Position numbers and translations under genes: made by a program
The notes under the pieces: model-generated
Databases searched by the model: none
What the model was told of the DNA's origin: nothing
Seen by the model: only the letters and a program-made list of their open reading frames with translations
DNA from: an uncultured Phycisphaerales bacterium
GTDB taxonomy: Bacteria; Planctomycetota; Phycisphaerae; Sedimentisphaerales; Anaerobacaceae
Length of the DNA stretch: 64,000 nt
Assembly (NCBI GenBank): GCA_963772725.1
Contig: CAVYYI010000001.1
Span: forward strand, 800,001-864,000
Direction of reading: 5' to 3'
Shown: positions 8,529 through 16,810 of the stretch, in pieces
How the letters are laid out: each line of letters begins with the position of its first letter
Position numbering within the stretch: position 1 is the first letter of the stretch

Positions 8529-9139
8529 CAGGCCTCGTAAGTTACAAAAATTTTATCGTTGGCAGATTTAAATAATACGTTTATGTCGCTGGTATTTGCC
8601 AGCTTAACAGATACCACTTCGCCGGCTTCGATCGGCATACAGGCATCTTCGACAGCAGCATCTCCGAAATTTACCCATGCCATACCGGCATTGCCGACCG
8701 CAGCTCTCAGCAGCACTTCATTGCAGCTATGAGATGCTCCCTGGGTATTAGTATCGGCCAGGGCATTGGTTATTACAATCGCCGGTTGAGCGGCGGGCTT
8801 GCGGTCCAGAATATTTTCTATATCGAAGTTTATGCCGATAAGTAAATCAATCCACTCCCCTGCCTGAGCGGTATTAGTGATATAAAAACTCGTGAATACC
8901 GTTTTAATCTTAGAATGCAGTTTTAACTCGATTTCTTCATTAGTGTTTCGATTCAGCTTAATACTCGATGCTGCATTCGAGCTGCTGATAGCCTTAACAT
9001 AAATCATATCGCCGGCGGCGATATGCTGCTGATTATTAGCAGCAGCATCGAGCGTTATCCGCAGAGTAAAATAGTTCTTATAATTTCGCTTAACCTGGTC
9101 AGCAAGCCGTTGCTCCCAGGTATCAATTATCTGGTTCAT
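8528..9139 (-). CDS. Beta-rich virion protein (candidate penton/vertex), paralog of 10157-10801
   Basis: Two beta-rich modules; similar blocks AGDMIYV/FTSFYITNTAQAG/NAGMAWVNFG vs AGNYFYV/FSKLYITTPAAQTG/NTGIIYIGF. Confidence 0.55.
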   Translation of the reverse strand: MNQIIDTWEQRLADQVKRNYKNYFTLRITLDAAANNQQHIAAGDMIYVKAISSSNAASSIKLNRNTNEEIELKLHSKIKTVFTSFYITNTAQAGEWIDLLIGINFDIENILDRKPAAQPAIVITNALADTNTQGASHSCNEVLLRAAVGNAGMAWVNFGDAAVEDACMPIEAGEVVSVKLANTSDINVLFKSANDKIFVTYEA

Positions 9140-9555
9140 TTTCTTCCCTTCCAGGCTAAAACTAAATAAGCAACTGCAAATACGAGAATACCTACCGATA
9201 AAGTCTTGACCGCTGGAGTTTCTACGAGTTTATAGGTACCGTCAAGGCTCAGCCAATAAAAAAGACTCACTCCGACCGCGGCAATCGCAGCAACTATTAT
9301 TGCTGGAGATACGCCAGCTTTTATTACCTGGACATCATTTGGATCAGGCTGCTTAATCCGGATATTCATAATCAGCTTATTGTCGTCGGTCGTCTCGTAG
9401 CTGAGCAGCTCATAATTTTTATTATCCCTTAATCGCTCTTCTATCGCATAAAGCTGAGCAGCTCGAAGCCATGTCGGACCATAAATCGAAAAAATCATTT
9501 CGATACGATCGCCAGGCACTAATATTTCATCTTTTGATATTTCGATTTTTTCCAT
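9136..9555 (-). CDS. Viral membrane protein, two C-terminal TM helices
   Basis: AIIVAAIAAVGVSLFYWL and LSVGILVFAVAYLVLAW segments. Confidence 0.7.
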   Translation of the reverse strand: MEKIEISKDEILVPGDRIEMIFSIYGPTWLRAAQLYAIEERLRDNKNYELLSYETTDDNKLIMNIRIKQPDPNDVQVIKAGVSPAIIVAAIAAVGVSLFYWLSLDGTYKLVETPAVKTLSVGILVFAVAYLVLAWKGRK

Positions 9556-9557
9556 CT

Positions 9558-9845
9558 TTATGCTTTCACATCCTCGAAATTCAATGGCAGCTCACCTGCT
9601 GCTTTCAGCGACTCTATCGCCATGCTGCGAATTTTAGCCTGGATTTTTTCTTCGTTTATCCTTGCAGGCGTGTGAGGCTCTTTATATACCTCTATCCCTT
9701 CCAAAGCTGCCTGGTCAGCAACCTCAACATAATCATAAGCGTCATCGAGCGGATGTTTGCCTTTCGGCAAGACGGCCTTAGCAATGATATGCTCATCAGC
9801 ATTGGTAAAATATCCAAAACCACTTACAACTGTAATTGTTTTCAT
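9558..9845 (-). CDS. Viral hypothetical protein (possible fibre assembly chaperone)
   Basis: Coupled to upstream beta-rich gene; C-terminal EEKIQAKIRSMAIESLKAAGEL helix; function inferred from position. Confidence 0.5.
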   Translation of the reverse strand: MKTITVVSGFGYFTNADEHIIAKAVLPKGKHPLDDAYDYVEVADQAALEGIEVYKEPHTPARINEEKIQAKIRSMAIESLKAAGELPLNFEDVKA

Positions 9846-10156
9846 CTTAACGGTATCCAGAATATATTTAAGTTATCACCGGTACTAAGCGTTATTTTCC
9901 AATAGTCCTTTTTTTTGACCGGCATCACGACCGACATATATAGTGTATTTACGGTCGATGATGATACTCGCTTTGTTGTCGGATCAGGACTTGAGCTGTC
10001 TGTAAATCCGACAAGATTTTCGGCTGGCTGGCCCGTTGCCCTGGCATAACCAACAACAATGCCATCGCTTTCAGCTTGATAAACAGTATGGACCGCGAAC
10101 GGCCCAGCTTCCCAGGCTTTTAGTTCTGTCTTTGGTGATGAAATCTTAGAACCCAT
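9842..10156 (-). CDS. Small beta-sandwich protein resembling fibre tip domains
   Basis: VYQAESDGIVVG...MPVKKKDYWKIT...IFWIPL pattern recalls phage fibre C-terminal domains. Confidence 0.55.
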   Translation of the reverse strand: MGSKISSPKTELKAWEAGPFAVHTVYQAESDGIVVGYARATGQPAENLVGFTDSSSPDPTTKRVSSSTVNTLYMSVVMPVKKKDYWKITLSTGDNLNIFWIPLR

Positions 10157-10801
10157 TTACCATTCTCCCCAGCCGAGCAGCTGCCCTGCTGCCGATGCGA
10201 TCGCATAAACCGGACCGCGATAATCGTCAATAGAAAGCGACATGCCAGGCTGAAGCTCAGCGATCCACTTTGAGCTTGTAACTGTATCGGCAAACCCGAT
10301 ATAAATTATGCCGGTATTTGTGCTTTTAGCCTGGACAACAAAAGCCTTGCGGTCCGCGTTGGCTGCCAGGACAGATACGGCAGCAGCTCCGACAGTTTTC
10401 TCAGTGTCCCAGTTTTCGTGTGTTGTATCGCCTCGTAGCTCGCCTAATATGTCATTGAGGCTCGATGATGTCGGAGCGCGGTTATCTATAATCTCAAACA
10501 GCTCAGGCGCTCTTGAGGCAATGAGGATTTTCATTGTGCCGGTCTGAGCTGCCGGCGTTGTTATATATAGCTTTGAGAATGGAGCTATAAAGCCGGTCTG
10601 CTTTACATAATCGACTGCCGACTGGTTAGTCTGATTCTGCTTGACGCTGATATAAACTTCGCCATCGGGAGCATCGTAAACGTAAAAATAATTGCCTGCC
10701 AGGCTGTAAGACTTGTCAGCAGCAGCTATCGATAAATCGATCTCTATCTGCTGGACATTCGACAAGCCAGCGGCTTCTAATAACTGCTGATTAAAGTCCA
10801 T
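10157..10801 (-). CDS. Beta-rich virion protein (candidate penton/vertex), paralog of 8528-9139
   Basis: AANADRKAFVVQ...NTGIIYIGF...ELQPG..YRGPVYAI single jelly-roll-like pattern. Confidence 0.55.
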   Translation of the reverse strand: MDFNQQLLEAAGLSNVQQIEIDLSIAAADKSYSLAGNYFYVYDAPDGEVYISVKQNQTNQSAVDYVKQTGFIAPFSKLYITTPAAQTGTMKILIASRAPELFEIIDNRAPTSSSLNDILGELRGDTTHENWDTEKTVGAAAVSVLAANADRKAFVVQAKSTNTGIIYIGFADTVTSSKWIAELQPGMSLSIDDYRGPVYAIASAAGQLLGWGEW

Positions 10802-10802
10802 T

Positions 10803-11252
10803 TTACCATTTACCTTTACTCATAAGAATTAAAGCTACAACGATAACGCCGACAACAACCAGGATTTCCTTAAAGACTGTCTTTGTTCCTTCGCTCTGGA
10901 AAAATCCGCCGCTTTCCTTCGACTGAGTCGTGGGCATAACCACATTAAGCGACGCCGGCGGTGTAACGCCTGCATTGGGCTTATCATAGTAAACAACAGT
11001 CTGGCTCCCCTCATTCTTTGGAGTCGATACCAGCCCCGATCTCTGGAGCAGGGTATTAACTAACCCCCCCGCCGCTGCCTCAACAGCCTTGGGCCCAGTA
11101 AGGCTCTGAAAAGCGTTTTTGAACGGATTCACAGCCGCTGTCAGATAATCCGATATACCAAAACTCGGAGTAACAGTATTAACGCCCATAGGCATAGGCG
11201 TTGAACCCCAGTCCTGGGCTTGATAAGCAAAATCAGTAAAAGACATTGTCAT
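10803..11252 (-). CDS. Viral membrane protein, C-terminal anchor
   Basis: Ends ILVVVGVIVVALILMSKGKW. Confidence 0.7.
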   Translation of the reverse strand: MTMSFTDFAYQAQDWGSTPMPMGVNTVTPSFGISDYLTAAVNPFKNAFQSLTGPKAVEAAAGGLVNTLLQRSGLVSTPKNEGSQTVVYYDKPNAGVTPPASLNVVMPTTQSKESGGFFQSEGTKTVFKEILVVVGVIVVALILMSKGKW

Positions 11253-11500
11253 AAAAGTTTACCCTTCTTTAAAAAAAATAATGCCGCTATACCGATCCCG
11301 ATATAGAGCAAATAATTGGGGGATTTTTCGTAAGCCACCGGCTGAGGCTGGACATACACGGTACCAGCCGCCGATCCGCCTTGTATCTTGTCGATAACCT
11401 TGTTCAGGTCCCCTATCATCTGCTGCTGCATCCCGAAGGTATCAACAGCCGTCTGTCTGGCCTGCTCTATCTGAGCTATTTCTTCTTGAGTAGAAGCCAT
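11249..11500 (-). CDS. Viral membrane protein, C-terminal anchor
   Basis: Ends NYLLYIGIGIAALFFLKKGKLL. Confidence 0.7.
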   Translation of the reverse strand: MASTQEEIAQIEQARQTAVDTFGMQQQMIGDLNKVIDKIQGGSAAGTVYVQPQPVAYEKSPNYLLYIGIGIAALFFLKKGKLL

Positions 11501-11772
11501 AAAATCATAAATCCTATACCAGCATAAAAAATCATTTTACTTTTATTAACAGCGGGCAATATCTGAGGCATCTGCTGCACTTCAGTTATATTACTATCGC
11601 TGCTCAGCGATTCGAGCCTGGCCGATAAATCGCTAAACTGCTGCATATTCGCTGCCAGTACCGGCTCAAAAATATAATCGCTGCCATCAGCTTTGAGCTT
11701 AGCGAGATAGTCCAGATCCTGGGCATTCAACTGCCCTGTCGCCACACGCTGAGCTGTAGCTCCACTGCCCAT
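11476..11772 (-). CDS. Viral membrane protein, C-terminal anchor
   Basis: Ends MIFYAGIGFMILWLLLKKK. Confidence 0.7.
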   Translation of the reverse strand: MGSGATAQRVATGQLNAQDLDYLAKLKADGSDYIFEPVLAANMQQFSDLSARLESLSSDSNITEVQQMPQILPAVNKSKMIFYAGIGFMILWLLLKKK

Positions 11773-12170
11773 TAGTTAAGCCCTCTTAAAAATCTGTCTA
11801 TTCCATTATTGACCTGGTCAAAAATAGACTCATGGGGAGCTGCACTTGGCAGCGTAAAGATTCGAGGCTCAACAGGACTGCTTACAATCTTTTCGGTAAG
11901 CCGCTCAAGCTCATACTGCCTGCTCTGGGCATCGAGCTGCTGAGCTGTCAGGTTACTTTGCTCACCAGCTAAAAATCTCTGAAATGCAAGCTCCGCCTCC
12001 CTGGCAGCGTTAGCTTTTTTCTCTTGAGATTTAACGGCCTGTTTATTTTGTTGACTCTGATATGACATAAACCCAGCAGTCATAGCAGCGCCCGTTGCAA
12101 CAGTAGCTACCGAGGCCGCGGCTCCGGTCAAACCAAAATAACTAATAATCAGATCATCTATTAAAAACAT
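11772..12170 (-). CDS. Candidate DNA-delivery/pilot-like virion protein
   Basis: Gly/Ala-rich hydrophobic N-terminus then Gln-rich coiled coil; start placed at MFLIDD. Confidence 0.5.
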   Translation of the reverse strand: MFLIDDLIISYFGLTGAAASVATVATGAAMTAGFMSYQSQQNKQAVKSQEKKANAAREAELAFQRFLAGEQSNLTAQQLDAQSRQYELERLTEKIVSSPVEPRIFTLPSAAPHESIFDQVNNGIDRFLRGLN

Positions 12171-12567
12171 CTTCAATAACCTCATCTGCGCTAATAGCAG
12201 CGAGCTTCTCTTTAGTTTTAACTAATTGCCATATACTTATAGATGCCCTGTTTGCAATATGCCAATTAGCATATTTACTGTTATCTCTCTGTAAATATAT
12301 GTCAATCGTTCTACCATACAAATCGCCTTTATCTGTAAAGATGCCGGTCAATATGTATTTTGAGTCATCATTTATTTTTACGCCTTTATTTTTCAACTCT
12401 TCTTTTATAAGCAGCGTAAAGGTTGTCGCCGTTTCAGAGCCTTGAAATTTTTCAACGCACAGCGAATCTATTTTAGGAATGCCTGGCGAAATCTCGCGTG
12501 TTACCTTTACAGGCACCTGGCAGCCAGCGACAAGCAGCAGGCTGCACAAAATTATCAATGTTCTCAT
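12154..12567 (-). CDS. Provirus-encoded lipoprotein
   Basis: MRTLIILCSLLLVAGC lipobox; AT-rich relative to capsid gene. Confidence 0.7.
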   Translation of the reverse strand: MRTLIILCSLLLVAGCQVPVKVTREISPGIPKIDSLCVEKFQGSETATTFTLLIKEELKNKGVKINDDSKYILTGIFTDKGDLYGRTIDIYLQRDNSKYANWHIANRASISIWQLVKTKEKLAAISADEVIEDVFNR

Positions 12568-13055
12568 TTTACACCTCCCCTGCTTGCGATATACCCCTGT
12601 ACTGCATTAGCTATCTCAATGGCAGCTTTTTCTGGGGAAAAATTCACCCATGCAGCGGAATCTGTCCAACTCCACACCTTTATCGCATTGCCAGCTTTGT
12701 CTCGTATTGAAAACTCCACTGTAACGCCTTGGCAAATCCCCTCAATTCCACATTCTGCTGATGAGTCGATCGCAATAGCTCGCTTTGTAAGTTCAAGATC
12801 TAATGCCTTAACAAGAGCTTCGCCTGTCGGGGCATGACTGGCAACAAAACGCCCCATTCGTATAGTGAGTCGGTTTTCTTTTTCACTTGCTTGCTGCTTT
12901 AAATCTGAAGCTAACAGCATTTCAGCTTTACATTTCTCTAAAGCTGATGCTATTTCAGTTTTCATTTGCTTCTTTAGCGAGAAATATATATTTATATCCC
13001 CCGCAAATATACCGAGAGCAACAACCACTATCGTTAAAATCCATACCTTTTTCAT
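12564..13055 (-). CDS. Provirus-encoded membrane-anchored/secreted protein
   Basis: N-terminal hydrophobic anchor, coiled coil, globular C-terminus; RBS GAAAGGA. Confidence 0.65.
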   Translation of the reverse strand: MKKVWILTIVVVALGIFAGDINIYFSLKKQMKTEIASALEKCKAEMLLASDLKQQASEKENRLTIRMGRFVASHAPTGEALVKALDLELTKRAIAIDSSAECGIEGICQGVTVEFSIRDKAGNAIKVWSWTDSAAWVNFSPEKAAIEIANAVQGYIASRGGVK

Positions 13056-13069
13056 GCTTTTTTCCTTTC

Positions 13070-13114
13070 AAATAAGAGGTTAATAAAAATTCGACGTTTA
13101 TTAACCTCTTATTT
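13070..13114. terminator. Perfect 18-bp inverted repeat downstream of the capsid gene (terminator or mRNA stabiliser)
   Basis: AAATAAGAGGTTAATAAA-9 nt-TTTATTAACCTCTTATTT. Confidence 0.7.
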
Positions 13115-13145
13115 TACTCGGTTTAACCTCTTTTTTCAAGGAGAA

Positions 13146-14135
13146 TTAAGCAGCCCTTTTGGCGGCTGGCACGATTTCGACTGGGAATACTTCGATAACA
13201 TCCGTTGTGCCTGAGAATGTTGTATCGAGTTCGAGGGTCAGGCTCAACATATTCGTTGTATCAAGCATCTTCGCCAGGTGTCCATCCTTGCAAAGCTCCA
13301 GCAAGTAATAACCGTCTGGAACGCTGGCAAGACCCAGCTCAGCCTTCATATCGTTGCGAAGGCCGGCACCCTGCTTATACTTGATAACATCGGTACCGCT
13401 TTTAAGCGTTATCGTGTTAATCAGGGTATTGACCTGGACGCCGTCGATATGGGTCTTAATGAGGAAGCCGCGATAAAAGTTACCGACGCCAAGCTCGATT
13501 TGCTCGCGTGGATTGCTCGCGGTTACTGTTTTGCGAATACCATAAATCTTATGGTCCGCGTAAGGTGTGTATGGATCGTCCTTGCTGTCAATGTCGATGT
13601 ACTCGCTCGCTGAGATGTACAGCGTGCAGCTATCAACAGTGATAACGCCCGTGCTTACGCAATCGGCACCGGTCCCCCATGTAATAATGAGGTCAAGCGT
13701 CGATACATTGCCGCGGGCAGTGCAATCGAGGAGCGTATCGTTTTCGCGGACGCTTCGCTGCATCGCGAAATCGAGAATTGCTCCCAGATCGAATGTGGTA
13801 TTGGCCTCAGCCCCAGCAGGTGCGCTGTCCCATGTAGTGGTCGATACGGTCCTGGCAGCCGGTGTCTTATAGTCCATTTCGTTTTTGCGCATCAATGATG
13901 CGAAATCGACCGACTTTATGACATCGCGGCCATTACGCCGGACCTCGATGCGTTTTACAAGCTGCGCACCGCTCAGCTCGCGGTTTACGCTGCCGCCGAC
14001 AGCCGTCCGGTCCATCTGAGCGACCAGGCGAAAATGCAGCTTAGCCAGGGAATAATCCCGCGGCAGCTGCAAAGTAGAAGTCTGGTTCGCAGCGAATGCC
14101 AGCGAACCAAGCTCTCGTTCGATTAACTTTTTCAT
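13146..14135 (-). CDS. Putative double jelly-roll major capsid protein (STIV-like group)
   Basis: 329 aa, beta-rich; N-terminal FAANQTSTLQLPRDYSLAKLHFRL and QLVKRIEVRRNGRDVIKSV resemble the STIV-type MCP pattern (from memory); second module IELGVGNFYRGFLIK/INTITLKSGTDVIK echoes the first; near packaging ATPase; strong RBS. Confidence 0.82.
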   Translation of the reverse strand: MKKLIERELGSLAFAANQTSTLQLPRDYSLAKLHFRLVAQMDRTAVGGSVNRELSGAQLVKRIEVRRNGRDVIKSVDFASLMRKNEMDYKTPAARTVSTTTWDSAPAGAEANTTFDLGAILDFAMQRSVRENDTLLDCTARGNVSTLDLIITWGTGADCVSTGVITVDSCTLYISASEYIDIDSKDDPYTPYADHKIYGIRKTVTASNPREQIELGVGNFYRGFLIKTHIDGVQVNTLINTITLKSGTDVIKYKQGAGLRNDMKAELGLASVPDGYYLLELCKDGHLAKMLDTTNMLSLTLELDTTFSGTTDVIEVFPVEIVPAAKRAA

Positions 14136-14212
14136 ACGTTTTTTTCCTTTACTTTTTTTAGAGTAAAAAAATCCTTTTTTAATTCGTCCGCAACGCTTAG
14201 CCGTGAAGCCGG

Positions 14213-14344
14213 TTAGACTCTAAACCAGGCTTTGAATCTGTCCGGTATGGGCATGAATCTTAGCAACGCCAGGACAATCAACAATCCGATTGTCAGGTTT
14301 ACCAGGTACGATGCCGACGGCAGTTTAACTTTGGGCATATCCAT
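14213..14344 (-). CDS. Small membrane protein (43 aa) preceding the MCP, not in ORF track
   Basis: MDMPKVKLPSASYLVNLTIGLLIVLALLRFMPIPDRFKAWFRV with AAAGGAG RBS. Confidence 0.75.
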   Translation of the reverse strand: MDMPKVKLPSASYLVNLTIGLLIVLALLRFMPIPDRFKAWFRV

Positions 14345-14372
14345 ATTCAAAACTCCTTTATCAGCGGCAAAT

Positions 14373-14413
14373 AAAAAAAGCACTGCCACGAGCCGCCGCC
14401 GTGATAGTGCTTT
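14373..14413 (-). terminator. Intrinsic terminator-like hairpin upstream of structural genes
   Basis: Minus strand AAAGCACTATCACG-loop-CGTGGCAGTGCTTTTTTT. Confidence 0.7.
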
Positions 14414-14443
14414 CTAATAAATTTTTTAACGTCCTTTTCGCGT

Positions 14444-14472
14444 TGTTTACCATAAGCGATTTTCTGTGTCAA
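14444..14472 (-). promoter_or_regulatory. Candidate promoter for the structural operon
   Basis: Minus strand TTGACA-17 bp-TAAACA with TG extended -10. Confidence 0.5.
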
Positions 14473-14480
14473 TAAAATTT

Positions 14481-14759
14481 TTAAGAAAATAAATTATTTT
14501 TTAGCTGCGATACTCGCCACATTCTTACCGGCCTGCCGTGCGGTCCCTTTATATTCACTCCAGCCTCAACAATCAGCCCCATCTTTCGCAGCTCCAGGAC
14601 GCGAGGGCATACGCAGTTTATCGGAAGCTCTGTATGCCAGGCGATTGCTTCATTACAGGTCTTGCCCAGGGCTTTTATCGAATTAAAAACTTTCCGCTGC
14701 CTGCTGCTTAATTTACTGGTAATTTGCTCGTAAGCAATCATAGAAGTATCCGTAATCAT
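14481..14759 (-). CDS. Winged helix-turn-helix DNA-binding protein
   Basis: TS..AY..I...LSSRQRKV...TCNEAIA...LPINCVCPRVLELRKMGLI pattern of phage wHTH proteins. Confidence 0.8.
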   Translation of the reverse strand: MITDTSMIAYEQITSKLSSRQRKVFNSIKALGKTCNEAIAWHTELPINCVCPRVLELRKMGLIVEAGVNIKGPHGRPVRMWRVSQLKNNLFS

Positions 14760-14932
14760 TTTTTCACCCCCTTATACTTCGCAACCTTTTTGGCCAGGTC
14801 CCCTGCCTTGCATCGAAAACATTCCATAAGCGTTATGATTTTCGCGTATGTAAGATTTTCGATGCTCTTGTCGATTTCGGGAATCGTTTTGCCGTCGATT
14901 TCCGCCATTATTTCTCCAAATTTCTCATCCAT
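14756..14932 (-). CDS. Small viral hypothetical protein (58 aa), not in ORF track
   Basis: MDEKFGEIMAEIDGKTIPEIDKSIENLTYAKIITLMECFRCKAGDLAKKVAKYKGVKK; ATGA overlap with wHTH gene. Confidence 0.65.
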   Translation of the reverse strand: MDEKFGEIMAEIDGKTIPEIDKSIENLTYAKIITLMECFRCKAGDLAKKVAKYKGVKK

Positions 14933-14949
14933 AATTCGTCCCTTTTATT

Positions 14950-15543
14950 TTATACCTTTGTTATCTCCAAACTGTCCTGGCCGTCCTGCCAGGATATAAA
15001 CTCATATTGTTTGAGCTGCTCGAACATCGGAACTATTCTTTCACCGATAACCTGTTTGAAATAGTCAATATCCCGAGGCTCCGTTGTGTTAAAGATGCTC
15101 ATTTGCTTCGCTTGACTGGTAAGCAGCCTGGCAACCGATGCGGGCCGTTGTGTTACGCCGATTAATGTTATATCTCTGTGCCGGCCTCGCTGAATGAGCT
15201 GTCTGAAGGACTCATCGAGCGAGCTGCTGAGTACTCCGCAAAAGCAATCTATCTCTTCGACCTCAAAAGCCATGTTGCCGCAATTCCATATCAAATCGCA
15301 CACCTGGCTAAATTCAACTTCAGGATTAAGCGGCTGGTAAATGATTCTGAAATCACCGGCGTAAACCTTTTTCCAAAAAGCAGCAAGAGCAGGCAAGTTA
15401 TCAAAAACAACTCCCTCTGTATATTCGCCCAGGGTATCGAATACCAGGCTCCGCTTGTATTCGCGGAGTTTATGCCTGGCCAGGTAACTTTTGCCTGAGC
15501 CGCGCTTGCCGAAAATAAGCTCGATGATTTTTTCGTTTGTCAT
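14950..15543 (-). CDS. FtsK/HerA-superfamily genome packaging ATPase (A32/P9-like)
   Basis: Walker A GKRGSGKS, Walker B FEVEEID, arginine-finger/sensor RGRHRDITLIGVTQRP; ~200 aa stand-alone, no TM. Confidence 0.9.
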   Translation of the reverse strand: MTNEKIIELIFGKRGSGKSYLARHKLREYKRSLVFDTLGEYTEGVVFDNLPALAAFWKKVYAGDFRIIYQPLNPEVEFSQVCDLIWNCGNMAFEVEEIDCFCGVLSSSLDESFRQLIQRGRHRDITLIGVTQRPASVARLLTSQAKQMSIFNTTEPRDIDYFKQVIGERIVPMFEQLKQYEFISWQDGQDSLEITKV

Positions 15544-15683
15544 GCTAAACAACGTGAACATGTTTTAAGGATAGAAGAGCGAAAACCTATTCGTGCCATT
15601 TGGACATTTCCACATTCGAGGCAAGTAAATTTTATAGACCTCTTATACACCTTAATTATTTTATTTCTCTTAAATATTTTCAT
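15540..15683 (-). CDS. Small Zn-finger protein (47 aa), not in ORF track
   Basis: MKIFKRNKIIKVYKRSIKFTCLECGNVQMARIGFRSSILKTCSRCLA, two CxxC; ATGA overlap with ATPase. Confidence 0.7.
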   Translation of the reverse strand: MKIFKRNKIIKVYKRSIKFTCLECGNVQMARIGFRSSILKTCSRCLA

Positions 15684-15685
15684 AA

Positions 15686-16279
15686 CTATTTTGCTTTCGG
15701 GTAATCAGAAACCGGCCCAGCTTGCGACGGAGTGGACGAATTCGAGGGAGTCTCCGCCGCAGAGGCTGAACCAGACACGGCTTGTTTCTTTTGGCCTCTT
15801 AATTCTGCCAGCAGCGTAAGCCGCGGCTTCATCACGTTATAAGTCGAACCCAGCAGACACAGCCACACGAAAGCGATCTCTGGTATCTTGCCAGGGAAAT
15901 AAAATTCAAGCAGCTGAGTTACGGGCAAAGCAAGCTCTTCGCCCTCTTCTTTTGTCAAGGCAAGTTTCGGCTGCTTAGTCGAAATAGACCACAACTCAAA
16001 CGGAATCTGGATAATCGGGATGAGCGTTTTATTAGCCACATCAGGCAGCCGATTGACAAGAGCTAAATCGTCCGTAACACCTTTAGGCCGGCCAGCTCCA
16101 GGTCTAGCACCGCCCCTGCCGTCCGGTTTATCTCCGCCAGCATCCGCGGCGGCAGGCTGCTGAGATAAACTATCCAACTTCGCTGCAAATTCAGGCTTCG
16201 CGGATGCCGGCGTCGGCTGAGTTAATGAAGTCTCGGCGGACCTCGTAGGTATTTTTTTAATTTTCTCTTTTTTACTCAT
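15686..16279 (-). CDS. Viral protein with AT-hook-like motif and hydrophobic C-terminal helix (candidate packaging accessory)
   Basis: RGGARPGAGRPKG motif; IPEIAFVWLCLLG hydrophobic segment; lies just upstream of the ATPase module. Confidence 0.55.
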   Translation of the reverse strand: MSKKEKIKKIPTRSAETSLTQPTPASAKPEFAAKLDSLSQQPAAADAGGDKPDGRGGARPGAGRPKGVTDDLALVNRLPDVANKTLIPIIQIPFELWSISTKQPKLALTKEEGEELALPVTQLLEFYFPGKIPEIAFVWLCLLGSTYNVMKPRLTLLAELRGQKKQAVSGSASAAETPSNSSTPSQAGPVSDYPKAK

Positions 16280-16580
16280 CGTCCTCATCCTTGCCAAAAG
16301 TTATAAAGCCGTCCTCATCGTCATCATCACCAGGCTCATCTAAATCAGCGACCGGCGGGTCCGTAACATGGTTAGCCGGCGCCGGCTGCTTTAATTCGCG
16401 GCGGACATCCTCGAGGACGCGCTTGCTTATTTTTTCAAGCGGGTCCGTATCGATCACCTTCGCCGATCCGTCCGCCTCGATCTTGAATGCGGTGTTGCAG
16501 TGAAAGCAAATAATCTTGCCATTACCGGCATGAATATCCGACTTACCGCAATTCGGACAAAATTTAATTTCTGCTGCCAT
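16272..16580 (-). CDS. Zn-ribbon protein with acidic tail
   Basis: CPNC...CFHC and C-terminal DDDDED. Confidence 0.75.
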   Translation of the reverse strand: MAAEIKFCPNCGKSDIHAGNGKIICFHCNTAFKIEADGSAKVIDTDPLEKISKRVLEDVRRELKQPAPANHVTDPPVADLDEPGDDDDEDGFITFGKDEDDE

Positions 16581-16582
16581 GA

Positions 16583-16810
16583 TTACCTTCCCTTCTTTAA
16601 GAGTTCACAAATATCCTGAAGTGTATTTGCCATCGACTCTAAAGATTCGCAACGCCGCTCATCGCGGTTAATCGACTCCTTAAAAAAAGATTCCATTTTC
16701 CCCAAAAAATACATCTGAAATTCTTTACTCGTTACGTCTAAGGGCACAGGGAAAATATTATTTTGTTTTTTTTCTGCCCGCTTTTGTGTTGACTTCGGTT
16801 TCTTGCTCAC
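16583..16810 (-). CDS. Viral hypothetical protein
   Basis: Co-oriented, overlapping neighbours; basic N-terminus, short coil. Confidence 0.55.
   Translation of the reverse strand: MSKKPKSTQKRAEKKQNNIFPVPLDVTSKEFQMYFLGKMESFFKESINRDERRCESLESMANTLQDICELLKKGR

Noticed and set aside
14950..15543. Inovirus Zot/pI ATPase, since dif integration is typical of filamentous phages
   Set aside because: ATPase lacks a TM and C-terminal extension, and a large beta-rich capsid-like gene with vertex-like genes is present
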